Source: an uncultured Bacteroidales bacterium
GTDB taxonomy: Bacteria; Bacteroidota; Bacteroidia; Bacteroidales; FEN-979
Direction of reading: 5' to 3'
NCBI GenBank assembly: GCA_903913885.1
Contig: CAIWMX010000061.1
Span: 11,891 to 75,890, forward strand
DNA length: 64,000 nt
Numbering within the stretch: the first letter of the stretch is position 1; each line of letters opens with the position of its first letter. The notes beneath the pieces were generated by a model. It made no database searches. It was not told the origin of the DNA and saw only the letters and a program-made list of their open reading frames with translations. Made by a program: the position numbers and the translations under genes. This document shows positions 54,601 through 63,200 of this stretch, in pieces.

Positions 54601-56705
54601 GAAATACCCTTACCGGTTCCTATGCCACTACTTCCTCGTGGGTCACTTCAGGCCTGTCCGTCGTTAGAAACAGTGCCACCCTGGTTCCGCAAAACGGGTT
54701 GAACACGCTTACTTTCGATACACCGTTTACGTGGGACGGCACCAGCAACCTGGTGGTTGAGATGACCTACAGCAACAATAATGGTGGGGAATACACGCTC
54801 AACAATTCTGCCTATTATACCGCGACCTCTTTTACCAGCACCCTTTTCTACCGGGTCGACAACACTGCTTTTGCAACTATAGATGCTTATGTTGGCGCTG
54901 CTAACTACAGTTACCTTGCAAGAACGGACGTTGTCTTTTCAGCCGTTTCCCAGAGTCCAATCACCTGGTCGCCGACAACGAGCCTCTATACCGACGCAGG
55001 TGCAGGCAGTGGCTATACAGGAACACCGCAGGCCACGGTCTGGACCAAACCAAACGCAACCATCACCTATACCGCTACCGCGACCTCGGGCACCGGGTGT
55101 ACCAATACCAAGACGGTGCTCGTAACGGTCACCCCATCCTGGACCGGGGCCACCAACACCAACTGGGGCACCTCGACCAACTGGAGCTCCAACGCCATCC
55201 CCGGCCCGTCGGATGATGTTACCATCCCCGCGGTGTCGAACCTGCCCATTATCAATGAAGACCCGGGCACACCGGCAACCTGCCACAACATCACCATCAA
55301 AAACAACGCCTCGGTTACCGTGGCGCCGGGAAAAGCCTTCACCGTAAGCGGCACCGTAACCAACAGCGCTACTCCTGGGATCATTATCCAGTCCGACGCC
55401 ACCGGCAGCGGCTCGATGATCTTCAACACCACCTCTATTTCAGGTACGATGGATCGTTTTATCTCCCATTGGACCGACGACAGCCACGGCTGGCACTTCC
55501 TCTCTTCGCCCGTGGCGAGCCAGGCCATCCAGCCCCTGTTCGTTCCCGCCACACCTGATGCAACGGAGGACTTCTATGCATGGGATGAAACAAACAACTG
55601 GTGGTACAACTCCAAAGACGGGAACATGTCATGGGTATCCGGTTTCGACGCAAGCTTCATTCCCGGCAAGGGATACCTGGTGGCCTACCTGACCAACGTG
55701 ACCAAAACCTTTACCGGAACGTTCAACGTGGCGAATGTGCCAAAGTCAGGCCTTACCAACACCCCCGGTCCTTATGGCGGTAATGATATCACTCCGGGCT
55801 GGAACCTGCTCGGCAATCCCTTCACGAGCGCCCTGATCTGGAACAACGGGGCATGGTCGCTGAACAACATTGCCACCGTTGCCAAGATCTGGACCGAGAA
55901 CTATGCAAGCTACTCCGACATCGACATCAATACCGGCGGCATCATCCCGGCTACCCAGGGATTCATGGTCAACGTGACCGACGTGGCCGGCGGATCGCTC
56001 ACCATCCCCGCTGCCGCGCGCACGCACAGCACGCAGAACTGGTACAAATCAACCGGCATCCCCTGCATCAAACTGCTCGCGCACAACCTGGCTGCCCAAA
56101 CGGCCCAGGAGAGCACCGTGATGTTCAACAACCAGGCAACCGCCGGTTACAGCCCCGCCTTCGACTGCCGCTTCTTCCCGGGCTATGCCCCGCAGTTCTA
56201 CTCGGTTGACGGATCAGAACACCTTTCGACCAACGTGTTGCCCAGCCTCGACAACCAGACCATCATCCCCTTCAATTTCATCAAGACCACCGGGGTGAAC
56301 TACTCGATCGAAGCCACGAAGATCGACAACATCGAAGGCCAGGTTTACCTTACCGACCTCAAGCTCGACAAGACCCAGAACCTTGCCGACAACCCTGTGT
56401 ATACCTTCACCGCCGCCGCCGGCGATAACCCGTCGCGTTTCGTGCTTTCGTTCAGCCACGTAGGCATCGGCGAAAACACCACCGGCAAAAACGGGATCTA
56501 CTCGTATGGAAACAACCTGTACATTGTCAACCCGGGCGTTGCCCGCCTGGAGGTGTTCAACCTCACCGGGCAGAAACTGCTGGCTGAAGAGATCAGCAGC
56601 ACCGTGTTGTTCAGGAAAATGCTCTTCGTGCCAACCGGCTACTACGTAGTTAGGCTCACCACGGGAACAAAGGTTGTTGTAACGAAGGTATTCATCCAGT
56701 CATAA
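45654..56705 (+). CDS. Giant (3683 aa) parallel-beta-helix-rich T9SS-secreted surface protein
   Basis: Single ORF with signal peptide MKKLLPFVSVMFLFAATSFAQ. It has hundreds of short Gly/Asn/Thr-rich turns (..N.I..N.I.G..) and three large internal module repeats. Ig-like modules lie near the C-terminus. The T9SS CTD is LYIVNPGVARLEVFNLTGQKLL..GYYVVRLTTGTKVVVTKVFIQS. Confidence 0.93.
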   Translation: MKKLLPFVSVMFLFAATSFAQVTVSGAVGGNGTYGTLSVAGGAFAAINGTVQTGANIVITITSNVTTETGAIALSSGTWASLTINPSGGLARTVSGTATTPLIKLNGASNVTIDGLNTGGNSLTITNQSTSATAGASTIAFLADASNDVVKNCTILGSTTGAPGATSATATILVGAGTTSGCDNIQILNNNIGPYSTSYPTIAIGSWGLSGSASNDNATVTGNNIYDYFATTGATGVNVGSNSSGWNISSNKFYQTVSRSTLTAGSYLKAIYVNTSAGSGYAINSNIIGYATSSQTGMLTNSGGRFTGIELAAVAASPISNIQGNTINGITWTTSTSASTLGTATFNGIIVSAGGVNIGTSSANIIGATSGTGSSSSNIYVTTTSSGSGIYPIYVTSSTTCSISGNTIGAIATGGAAAMGYSFYGIAIAGSGSHTVNNNTIGNATANSIAIGTSGTTTAQTNIIAIYSTATGTTVSIGNTTGTGNLIQNNSSFGSSTSSQFYGIDATGAVGTLNMNYNTFTANTLAGGGLTAGTIYYTNLINGGAVTSAININNNTINSGTISIATYGGSAGFIYNLAGASTATLSISNNNMGGLSYTGATGGTGTFTGINEQTGTPVTEVISGNNFNNLSIKTSGSIYLIYNSYVAPASGTKTIQNNSVVTGFSRTATAAGSFYCYYDGSASPSTVTETISGNTFSNLTTNTSGSYSFYGIYCTSTNNPNRSVYNNTISTVTFNGNTSVYGIYLNGLGGTSGTPNAVYGNTFSGLTCSGTASIYGLYIGATNLYVNAYNNTIQTFTLSGASTVYGIYGSGSTNAVNFYNNTVTGISNSAAGTIYGIYNVGGTLMNYYQNYINSLSSAGNVHGVFVSSGTAVNIYQQQLSGGNNYSIYGITSSGAATVANGITVNGGTSVYLYKNNIYNISNTSAGSTVPLVNGMLFSAGTNVKAYNNIIGNLTASSSTYSDAIRGISVTSTTTSANYNIYYNTVYLSGTGAAGFGTTGLFHAASSTATTAALDLRDNIIVNGCTPGTGGTVVAYRRSAGTATMLANYASTSNNNLFYAGTPGANNLIYSDGTSTAQTISAYKNGAFTAGTIAPRDAVSVSENPTWVSTNGSDATYLHINTTTPTQIESAGAPVSGITDDFDGDTRNGSTPDIGADEFAGIGVDLTPPSITYTTITNNCTFTDRTLAGVTISDATGVPTTGSLVPRIYYKKNSNPWVSQPGTLTAGNGISGTWSFTILAADMGGLASNDVISYYVIAQDVAPTNNITSNPAAGLVATDVNTVSTPPTTPNTTQVLPTMSGTILVGTGNYYTTLTAAINAYNTACLSGAVTFSLTDASYGASETFPITILANPQASVTNTLTISPASGTGVTLTGSSGTPLVDFNGADYVTIDGVNSGGSSLTISNTSTAATANTCTIRYIADATNNTVTNCSVLGSSTMALGTNGGNILFSTGTTTGNDNNTISYCKIGPAGSNLPSMGICANGSTGSSALANSTINITNCEIYDFFLTGGCAGIYALTGNTAWTIQNNKIYESASRTFTGTGTLNGIYFANATYGDNIQITGNTIGYASNSGTGTFTLLGSGVAGSFQGIYLSALSTAATTCNVNNNIISDISLTSASGTFYGIYNATAASSNTININSNQVKNIAVLTSTSTVVGIYTGAATTLNCNSNTLDNISRNTGGAFYGIQYASPTTVTFNGNTIKNLSSTSISSTSNFYALYSGSSPVTENIIGNNIFNISSSSTGAQSIYGWYNNTVAGTKTIQNNNIYSISAAGGATITGIKLALGTTVEISGNSVYTLSGGLNVYGINIGAGTTTNVFRNKVYDLSSANANATVYGLYISAGTTINLYNNIVGDLRATAAAATIPVVGIYASSGTTVNIYYNTVNLNASSSASPFGSAALYASTTPTVNLRNNILVNTSTPAGATGFTAAYRRSGTTLTTYASTSNNNLFYAGTPGTYNLIMYDGTTSYQTLAAYKAAVASRDSYSVTENPTWASTNGSDPTYLHINTTTPTQIESGAAPIDPYTTDFDGDTRNVTTPDIGADEFNGVMLDMTAPVITYTTLSNSCGGVDRTLAGVTISDASGVPTTGSLVPRIYYRKASGTWYSQPGTLTAGGSTSGTWSFQIVAADMGGLATNDVVSYYVIAQDIASPANIGSNPSAGLVATDVNTVATAPTSPNTYTVISSLTGTYTVGTSGNYTTLTLAVAAYNASCINGPVIFSLTDATYSASETFPITINANATASGTNTLTIKPAASNNVAITGLSTTALILLNGADYVTIDGSNGSTANVVCPASAATRNLTLTNSGSGTSSAVIWMQTATADGATNNVVKNCNLAGSGNTQTLFGVGSGSSTIGTSSLGTGNNNNSFINNNISKTQYGIYSQGASAGSKNSGTTINQNLINTASPNNVAKGGIQVGFENNITISGNSISGMTQSSSPDVFGIAAGLTALSNTTFSGNEVTNATISNNVIGVVTNTGTFSAGGITLATATSGTTTISNNMISGVGANGTSGDFAAGIILGGGTGSTTNIFFNTVTMSTILTGGNQNTFALAVGGTTPTVNIKNNILTATGSNGTGINYAIGLAYSSTTGNYVGLTSDNNDLFASGTSAGVGETGLLQAGTARTTLANWTTETGRDGASKNANPTFLSATDLHIDVSVLSNGTYFNGTAAPGTGVTVDIDCDTRDSSTPDIGADEFSTTTCAGAVGGTASGTTSFCNSGTPTITATGYSIGIGSAYQWQYSNDNFATDIHDFAGQTNPAALTTGAVTATTNYRLKVTCTSGQATDYSTPVITVTIKPTPTASASGNTPICAGGTLNLTCTTNIANTFSWSGPNGYNNTTQNPSLTPVTVLASGVYTVTATLNGCSVTASTPTITVNAQPTAVTITPASATIPAGTIQSLAATGGTSSGDFTFGTGGSSTTGSSTTSPLGPNPMQNYYGGTKQQCLYTAAELTLAGMSAGTISAIKVNMAVADNTYSLLSFTVKMGNTLTGSYATTSSWVTSGLSVVRNSATLVPQNGLNTLTFDTPFTWDGTSNLVVEMTYSNNNGGEYTLNNSAYYTATSFTSTLFYRVDNTAFATIDAYVGAANYSYLARTDVVFSAVSQSPITWSPTTSLYTDAGAGSGYTGTPQATVWTKPNATITYTATATSGTGCTNTKTVLVTVTPSWTGATNTNWGTSTNWSSNAIPGPSDDVTIPAVSNLPIINEDPGTPATCHNITIKNNASVTVAPGKAFTVSGTVTNSATPGIIIQSDATGSGSMIFNTTSISGTMDRFISHWTDDSHGWHFLSSPVASQAIQPLFVPATPDATEDFYAWDETNNWWYNSKDGNMSWVSGFDASFIPGKGYLVAYLTNVTKTFTGTFNVANVPKSGLTNTPGPYGGNDITPGWNLLGNPFTSALIWNNGAWSLNNIATVAKIWTENYASYSDIDINTGGIIPATQGFMVNVTDVAGGSLTIPAAARTHSTQNWYKSTGIPCIKLLAHNLAAQTAQESTVMFNNQATAGYSPAFDCRFFPGYAPQFYSVDGSEHLSTNVLPSLDNQTIIPFNFIKTTGVNYSIEATKIDNIEGQVYLTDLKLDKTQNLADNPVYTFTAAAGDNPSRFVLSFSHVGIGENTTGKNGIYSYGNNLYIVNPGVARLEVFNLTGQKLLAEEISSTVLFRKMLFVPTGYYVVRLTTGTKVVVTKVFIQS

Positions 56706-56724
56706 ACGCAAAAAAACTTATCAT

Positions 56725-56982
56725 ATGAAAACATTACGCAAATTATTACTGACCCTGGCCTTCCTTATGACAAGCATGTTCATGCTCAACGCAATTGCCG
56801 ACAACCCGCTCGATGCACCCCCGCCCCCACCGGGCGGAGGCCATGGCGGCGGCGGAAACCAGACAGGAGCCCCCATCGACGGCGGTGTGGGGATCCTCAT
56901 GGCCCTGGGAGCAGCTTACGGAACCTACAAACTGCTGAAAAGCCGCAAAGCAGACAAGGAGGCTGAAGAGGTCGTAAACTAA
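56725..56982 (+). CDS. Small secreted/tail-anchored Pro/Gly-rich protein
   Basis: 85 aa, starting 19 nt after the giant gene. It has a signal peptide (LLLTLAFLMTSMFMLNAIA), a PPPPPGGGHGGGGNQTGAPIDGG stretch, a C-terminal hydrophobic helix (VGILMALGAAYGTY) and a basic patch KLLKSRK. Confidence 0.6.
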   Translation: MKTLRKLLLTLAFLMTSMFMLNAIADNPLDAPPPPPGGGHGGGGNQTGAPIDGGVGILMALGAAYGTYKLLKSRKADKEAEEVVN

Positions 56983-57001
56983 TCATCCTCATCCTTTTTT
57001 C

Positions 57002-57041
57002 AACCGGGAATCGCCTTATGGGTGGTTCCCGGTTTTTTTTT
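57002..57041 (+). terminator. Rho-independent terminator after the 85-aa gene
   Basis: aaccgggaa-(15-nt loop)-ttcccggtt, followed by a T-run (ttttttttt). Confidence 0.8.
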
Positions 57042-57070
57042 GCTACTTTTACACCCTCCTTTCACCTGTT

Positions 57071-60004
57071 ATGATCCAACGATTCAAGAAGTTCTGCCTG
57101 CTTTTTTTCCTGGGGTTTACGGTTGTTTGCTCCGGGCAGGAAAAACGCACCATCGACAGCCTTGAAAAGGTCCTTTCAAAAACAACCGATGACAAGGCAA
57201 AGTGCACGATATACAACGCCCTCTTTTCCGAATACATCCGGCTGAATATTGAAAAATCAATCTATTACAACAACCTCTGCCTGAAGCTGGCGAACAGGAT
57301 CAACTATCCGAAGGGAATTGCCGATGCCCTCTACAGCCGGTCGGAGGTATACCGGGTGAAGGGACAGTACGACAGCGCCCTGGCGGTGATCATGACGGCA
57401 AAGCCGCTCTTCCTGGCGGCGTCCGACAGCATCGGCTACGGCGAATGCCTCAGCCAGATCGGGTTTCTTTACGCCGCCAAAAACGACCTGAAGAATGCAC
57501 TGATCAACCTGCACGATGCCCGCAGGATCTATATCGCCACAGGCAACAAAAAGAATCTCTCCCTGCTCTATACCCATATCGGCTCCCTCTTTCAGCGCGA
57601 GAAACGCTTCGATTCCGCCCTGGCCTACTTCCAGAAATCCCTTGAAATTAATGAGAAAAACGGCTTTAAGCTGGGATCTTCGGTCAACCTGATGAACCTG
57701 GGAACGCTTTACGAAGACCAGGAAAACCATCAAAAGGCGCTCGCCTATTACCAGCAGGCGCTCGAACTGAAGGAAAAGCTGGGCGACAGGCACGGAATCG
57801 GGTTTTGTCTCAACAACCTCGGCATGGTGAACATGAACCTGGGGAATGTGAGCGCGGCCTTGTCTTACCATGAAAGGGCGCTGGAAATCGCGCGGGAATT
57901 CAACAGCGAACTCGATATCACCATGTGTTACATCAACCTGGGGTTTGATTACCAGCGGGGAAACATGTTCAGCAAGGCGGTGGATATCACCCTCAAAGGA
58001 CTCACGATGGCGCGGCATATCAATGATTTCAGGCTCATCCGCGAATCGGCCCGGGTGCTCTTCGAATCATACGACACCCTGAAAAATTACAAAGAGGCTT
58101 TCCGTTACCATGTATTGTTCAAGCAGTACAGCGACAGCATCGTGAAGCGGAACAACCTGAAGGCGCTGGCGGAGATCCAGGAAAAATACAATTCGGCAAA
58201 CAAGGAGAACCAGATCGCCGCCCTGAAGATGGACAAAGACCGGCAGGAGCTGCAGATCCAGCGGTTCAGGGCGTGGTATTTCCTGGCTATCGGACTCTTC
58301 GTCGCCCTGCTCGTACTGGCCCTCTTTTTTTATTACCGGTCGCGGATCTCGCGCAAGCTTTCGTTGAAGATGAAGGAGATCAACGAGATGAAATCCCATT
58401 TTTTCGCCAACCTGTCGCACGAATTCCGCACCCCCCTCACCCTGATGCTGGGACCAGCCGAGAAGCTGCTGGAAAATGCCCGGCCTGAAGACAAACCCTG
58501 GCTTCAGCTGATCCACCGCAATGCAAGCCGGCTGCTTTTCCTTGATGAACAACTGCTCGAATTCACCCGGATCGACAGCGGGAACCAGAAAATCCGCCTC
58601 TATTCGGGGAATATCCTCCTCCCGCTCACCGCCATTGCCGATTCGTTCGTGCTGATGGCCGAACAGAAAAACCTGCGCTATTCGTTCCGCTTTCCCGGCG
58701 AGCCGGTCGAACTGCTCTTCGATCCCGATATCCTTGAAAAGGTAACGACCAACCTGCTGTCGAACGCATTCAAATACACCCCCTCGCCGGGCTCGGTCGA
58801 ACTCACGGTAAAAACCGTAAAAGATCATCCCGGCCCGGATGTTCCCGGCACCGGGAAGGAAAAGAGCTCGTGGCTGAGGATCGACGTGCGCGACGACGGG
58901 AACGGCATCCCCGAAAACAAAAAGGAGGAGATCTTCGAACGCTTTTATCAGTTAAACTATAACCCCGGCAACACCACCGGGGGGGTAGGCATCGGGCTGG
59001 CCCTGACCCGCGAGTTGCTGATCCTCCATCACGGGTTCATCACCCTTGAAACTGCCGAAGGCAAAGGAAGCCTCTTTTCCGTGTTTCTCCCGATGGACCG
59101 GCAGGCTTATTCGTCCGAAGAACTGAGCGAATCCAACCATTATCTTCCGGCAACCGCTGCTGATCATGCTGTTCTCCCGGCCGAGGAGTTCCCTGCCATT
59201 CCTCCTGCAGGCGATGAGGAGGCGGATTCCGACGAAACGCCGGCCGAAAGCGGGTTGCCGCAGGTGCTGGTGGTTGACGACAACGCCGATATGCGGCTTT
59301 ATATCCGCGAGATCCTGCAAAACGAGTACGCCGTTACAGAGGCAGCCAACGGCGACGAAGGTTTTGAAATTGCCAGCCAGTCGGTTCCCGACCTCATCGT
59401 GACCGACGTGATGATGTACCCGGTAAACGGGATCGAATTCTGCAAAAAGGTGAAGGAAGACGAACGTACCAGCCACATCCCGGTGATCATGCTTACGGCG
59501 CGCAGCGGTCCGCGCGACAAGATCGAAGGACTCGAGACCGGCGCCGACGACTACCTCACAAAACCGTTCAGCACGGCAGAACTGATGGTCAGAATACGCA
59601 ACCTGGTCGCCCAGCGGAAGAAGCTGCGGCAGATCTTCTCAAGCGCCAGGAACCTCGACCCGAAAATCCTCAGCGTGACCCCGGCCGATGAGAAATTCCT
59701 GAATCGCCTGATCGCCCTCGTCGAGGATAATATCGACAACCCGGAACTCGATACTGAATTCCTGCTGCTCAACATCGCCATGAGCCGCAGCCAGCTTCAC
59801 CGGAAGGTCAAGGCTCTCACCGGCGAACCGATTACCGGGTTCGTAAGGATCATCCGCATTAAACGGGCCGCGCAGCTGATGGAACAGAAATTCGGAAACG
59901 TTTCCGAGATCATGTATGCCGTGGGGTTCAACAACCTTTCCTACTTCACCAAAAGCTTCAGGGCCGTTTACCAGATGACACCCACCGAATTTATGGCACG
60001 GTGA
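57071..60004 (+). CDS. Hybrid two-component regulator: TPR sensor region, TM segment, histidine kinase, receiver and AraC-type HTH
   Basis: 977 aa with a signal/anchor MIQRFKKFCLLFFLGFTVVC. It has multiple TPR-like repeats (..ALAYYQQALELKEKLGD..), a TM segment (WYFLAIGLFVALLVLALFFYY) and an H-box FFANLSHEFRTPLT. ATPase boxes are LLSNAFKYT, VRDDGNGI and GVGIGLALTREL. The receiver is VLVVDDNADMR..DLIVTDVMMYPVNG..TKP, and the C-terminal AraC HTH is NIAMSRSQLHRKVK..VGFNNLSYFTKSFRAVYQMTPTEF. Confidence 0.93.
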   Translation: MIQRFKKFCLLFFLGFTVVCSGQEKRTIDSLEKVLSKTTDDKAKCTIYNALFSEYIRLNIEKSIYYNNLCLKLANRINYPKGIADALYSRSEVYRVKGQYDSALAVIMTAKPLFLAASDSIGYGECLSQIGFLYAAKNDLKNALINLHDARRIYIATGNKKNLSLLYTHIGSLFQREKRFDSALAYFQKSLEINEKNGFKLGSSVNLMNLGTLYEDQENHQKALAYYQQALELKEKLGDRHGIGFCLNNLGMVNMNLGNVSAALSYHERALEIAREFNSELDITMCYINLGFDYQRGNMFSKAVDITLKGLTMARHINDFRLIRESARVLFESYDTLKNYKEAFRYHVLFKQYSDSIVKRNNLKALAEIQEKYNSANKENQIAALKMDKDRQELQIQRFRAWYFLAIGLFVALLVLALFFYYRSRISRKLSLKMKEINEMKSHFFANLSHEFRTPLTLMLGPAEKLLENARPEDKPWLQLIHRNASRLLFLDEQLLEFTRIDSGNQKIRLYSGNILLPLTAIADSFVLMAEQKNLRYSFRFPGEPVELLFDPDILEKVTTNLLSNAFKYTPSPGSVELTVKTVKDHPGPDVPGTGKEKSSWLRIDVRDDGNGIPENKKEEIFERFYQLNYNPGNTTGGVGIGLALTRELLILHHGFITLETAEGKGSLFSVFLPMDRQAYSSEELSESNHYLPATAADHAVLPAEEFPAIPPAGDEEADSDETPAESGLPQVLVVDDNADMRLYIREILQNEYAVTEAANGDEGFEIASQSVPDLIVTDVMMYPVNGIEFCKKVKEDERTSHIPVIMLTARSGPRDKIEGLETGADDYLTKPFSTAELMVRIRNLVAQRKKLRQIFSSARNLDPKILSVTPADEKFLNRLIALVEDNIDNPELDTEFLLLNIAMSRSQLHRKVKALTGEPITGFVRIIRIKRAAQLMEQKFGNVSEIMYAVGFNNLSYFTKSFRAVYQMTPTEFMAR

Positions 60005-60214
60005 CACATTGGTGTCAACTTCCGGCACAATGATGTTAATCTGATTTCACTTCCTGACCGATATTCCGCGCGATCGTCCCGGCGCCGGAACCGCGCATTT
60101 CATTTGAAACATGCATGGCAATTCCTGGCACATCCATGTTAACCCGTTCCTTTTTCTCCCGGTACTTTTGCGGCGTTGAAATCATCTTCGTTTTACCGCA
60201 AAAAAAGTATCCAA

Positions 60215-63200
60215 ATGAAAAGAATATATCCTTTATTGATTCTCCTGCTGTTTACAGAATTATTATACAGCCAGCCCCTGACGGGAACAAAGACGATTCC
60301 CGGCGATTATGCCACCATCCAGGAGGCCATCGTTGCTTTGAATTCCCACGGGGTTGGCTATGGCGGCGTTACTTTCAACGTTGCTGCGGGGAGTTCCGAA
60401 ACCCTGGCCAGCGCCACTTCGGGGCTGATCAATTATTACTGCGGTCCCTCCTGGTACTCCAATACGTATTCCCCGGTCGTTTTCCAGAAATCGGGTTCCG
60501 GGGCCAACCCGCTGATCACCGCGTTTACCCCGGGAACCTCCACAGCCACCGACGGGATCATCATGCTGGCCGGCGTCAATTCCATTACCTTCGACGGCAT
60601 CGACCTGCAGGAAAACCCGCTGAACATCACCCCGACCATGCAGATGGAGTGGGGCTATGCGCTGGTCAAGAAAAACACGACGGCACCTGTCATGGGGTGC
60701 CAGAACGTCACCATCCGCAACTGCAACATCACACTGAACAAAGCCAATACCGCCTCCTGCGGGATCCACGCGGGAAATCACGTTTTCAACTCCTCCACCG
60801 TACTCAATTTCAGCATTTCGTCGGATGCAAACAACGGCTGCCGGTTTTACGGCAATAACATTTCGAACGTGAGCAACGGGATCGACGTGGAGGGATACAG
60901 CGGTTCGCTTGCGCTCTACGATAACGCAAACGAGATCGGCGTCACCGCCGGGAATGTGATCACCAACTTCGGCGGCGGCGCAGGCAATCCCTGCGGGATT
61001 TACGCCTCGTACCAGGAAAACCTCAAAATCGCCGGCAACACCGTCAACGGCGGAAGCGGGAGTTCGGGAAACCTTTACGGCATCTATACCGGCCCGGGAA
61101 CAGGATCGGACCTTGAAATTTCAGGCAACACGGTCACCCTTACGCCCACCGTCGCCATCAACACCTTTTTCGGCATCCGCAACACCATGGGCAGCATCTC
61201 CTCCTCCCCGAATACGGTCAGCATCTTCAACAATATCATTGAGAACTTTACCAGCCCCGTGTCAAGCAACTGGCCCTCCTGCCTTATTTCACAGGAAGCC
61301 AGCGCCGCCACGGTGAATATTTACGGGAACATCCTGCGCAACAACACCAGTTATGGCGCCAATTACTTTTACGCGATCGCGGAGCTGAGCAACGTGGCCG
61401 GCGGAATCCGGAACATTTACAACAACCAGATCTTCAACCTCAGCATTGGCACCAGCACCTCCGTTTATGGCATCGATTACAACACCTCCACAACCACCAC
61501 CGGCAACATTTACAACAACACGATCCACGGGATCGTCTCAAACGGGGGCACCAACAAAGGGATCATGCTCGAGGCAGGCGGCACGACGAACCTCTACAGG
61601 AACAAGCTTTACGACATCTCTTCCAATGGCAACGGCACCAATGGCCAGGGGCTGATCACGGGTGTCCATATCCAGGCCACAACCACCGTCAACCTGTTCA
61701 ACAACTACATCTCCGATCTCAGGGGCCCGACCACGATGTACGGTTACGCCGGTGATGCCATCGACGGGATCTTCCTCAACACGGCCACCACCTGCAACAT
61801 CACCGGAAATACGATTTACCTCAATGCCTCGAGTATCTATTCCGGTTTCAGGACCTCCTGTCTCAGCATTTCGTCAAACGTAATCAGCTCGGTGGTTTTA
61901 AAGAACAACATCCTGGTGAATCTCTCCGCTTCCACTGGTACCGGGAACTTTGCCACTGCCATGCGGCGGGGAAGCACCTCCCTGACCAATTACGCCACCA
62001 CGTCGGACAACAACCTTTTTTACGCCGGCACCCCCGGACCCAACCACCTGATCTTCGAGGATTACACCAATGCCGACCAGACGCTGGCGGCCTTCAGGGC
62101 CAGGGTGACTCCCCGCGAGATCAGTTCCATCACCGAACTGCCGCCGTTTGTCAATGCGGCCGGGAACGACCTGCACCTGACAGCCGGCGCCGGAACGGCC
62201 TGTGAAAGCGGCGGACAAGTGATCGCATCTCCCATTGCCATCACCGACGACTTCGACGGCGATGCACGTTATCCCAACGCAGGGTATCCGAACAACCCGG
62301 CTCACCCGGCTACAGCTCCCGACATCGGGGCCGACGAGTTCGCCGGTTCGGCCGACAACACGCCCCCGGTGATCTCCTACACCAGCGTACCCGATCCGCC
62401 CGACAACAATCCCGTGACCCTCACCGCCACCATCATCGACCAGGGACTCGGAGTGGCAACGAGCGGCGGCGGATTGCCCATGCTTTACTGGAAAAAGAGC
62501 AGCGATGCCGGTTACACCGGTGTGCAGGGTGTTTCGGCCGGCGCGGGCCAGTATACCTTCATCTTTGGCAGCGGAGTGAGTTCGGGCGATGTGGTATATT
62601 ACTATGTGGTGGCCCAGGACCTGGTGGTTCCGGCCAACGTGAGCGCCTACCCGTCGTCAGGCGCGGCAGGATACAGTTCAAATCCGCCGGCCGTTTCAAC
62701 CCCGCCGTCGGCGCCAAACTACTATACCGTGCAGAGCCCGCTTGTTGGAACCAAGACCATCCCGGGCGACTTTGCATCGATCCAGGCGGCCGTCGCCGTG
62801 CTTAACTCAAGGGGTACCGGCACCACCGGCATCACCTTCAACGTGGCGGCAGGCTACACCGAAACCTTCACCAATGCCGGCGGCGGGCTGATCAACTTCA
62901 CCTGTTCCCCCTCCTGGTACTCATCCGCCACAAACCCGGTGGTGTTCAGGAAGTGGGGCGCCGGAGCCAACCCGCTGATCACCGCCTTCACCCCGGGAAC
63001 TTCCCTCACCCTCGACGGGATCATTAAAATTGCCGGCGGCGATTACATCACCTTCGACGGCATCGACCTGCAGGAAAACCCGCTGAACACCACCCCGACC
63101 ATGCAAATGGAGTGGGGATACGCCCTGCTGAAGAAAAATGCGTCGGGTTCGGCCGACGGTTGCCAGAACGTAGTCATCCGCAACTGCAGCATCACCCTGA

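Noticed and set aside
45623-56459. Many 60-226-aa ORFs on both strands inside the 3683-aa gene (for example 45623-46201, 50903-51583 and 52790-53263)
   Set aside because: As for the first giant gene, these are off-frame or antisense readings of a GC-rich, repetitive ORF. There is no independent support.
57257-59476. Three antisense ORFs of 174-253 aa within the hybrid regulator gene
   Set aside because: The sense frame encodes TPR, HisKA, HATPase, REC and AraC motifs continuously. The antisense ORFs lack any motif.
60115-60858. 247-aa plus-strand ORF listed in the track
   Set aside because: It is in a different frame from the open-ended ORF starting at 60215. That ORF has a signal peptide and clear paralogy to the 3683-aa protein. 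The 247-aa product is Arg/Pro/His-rich off-frame sequence.
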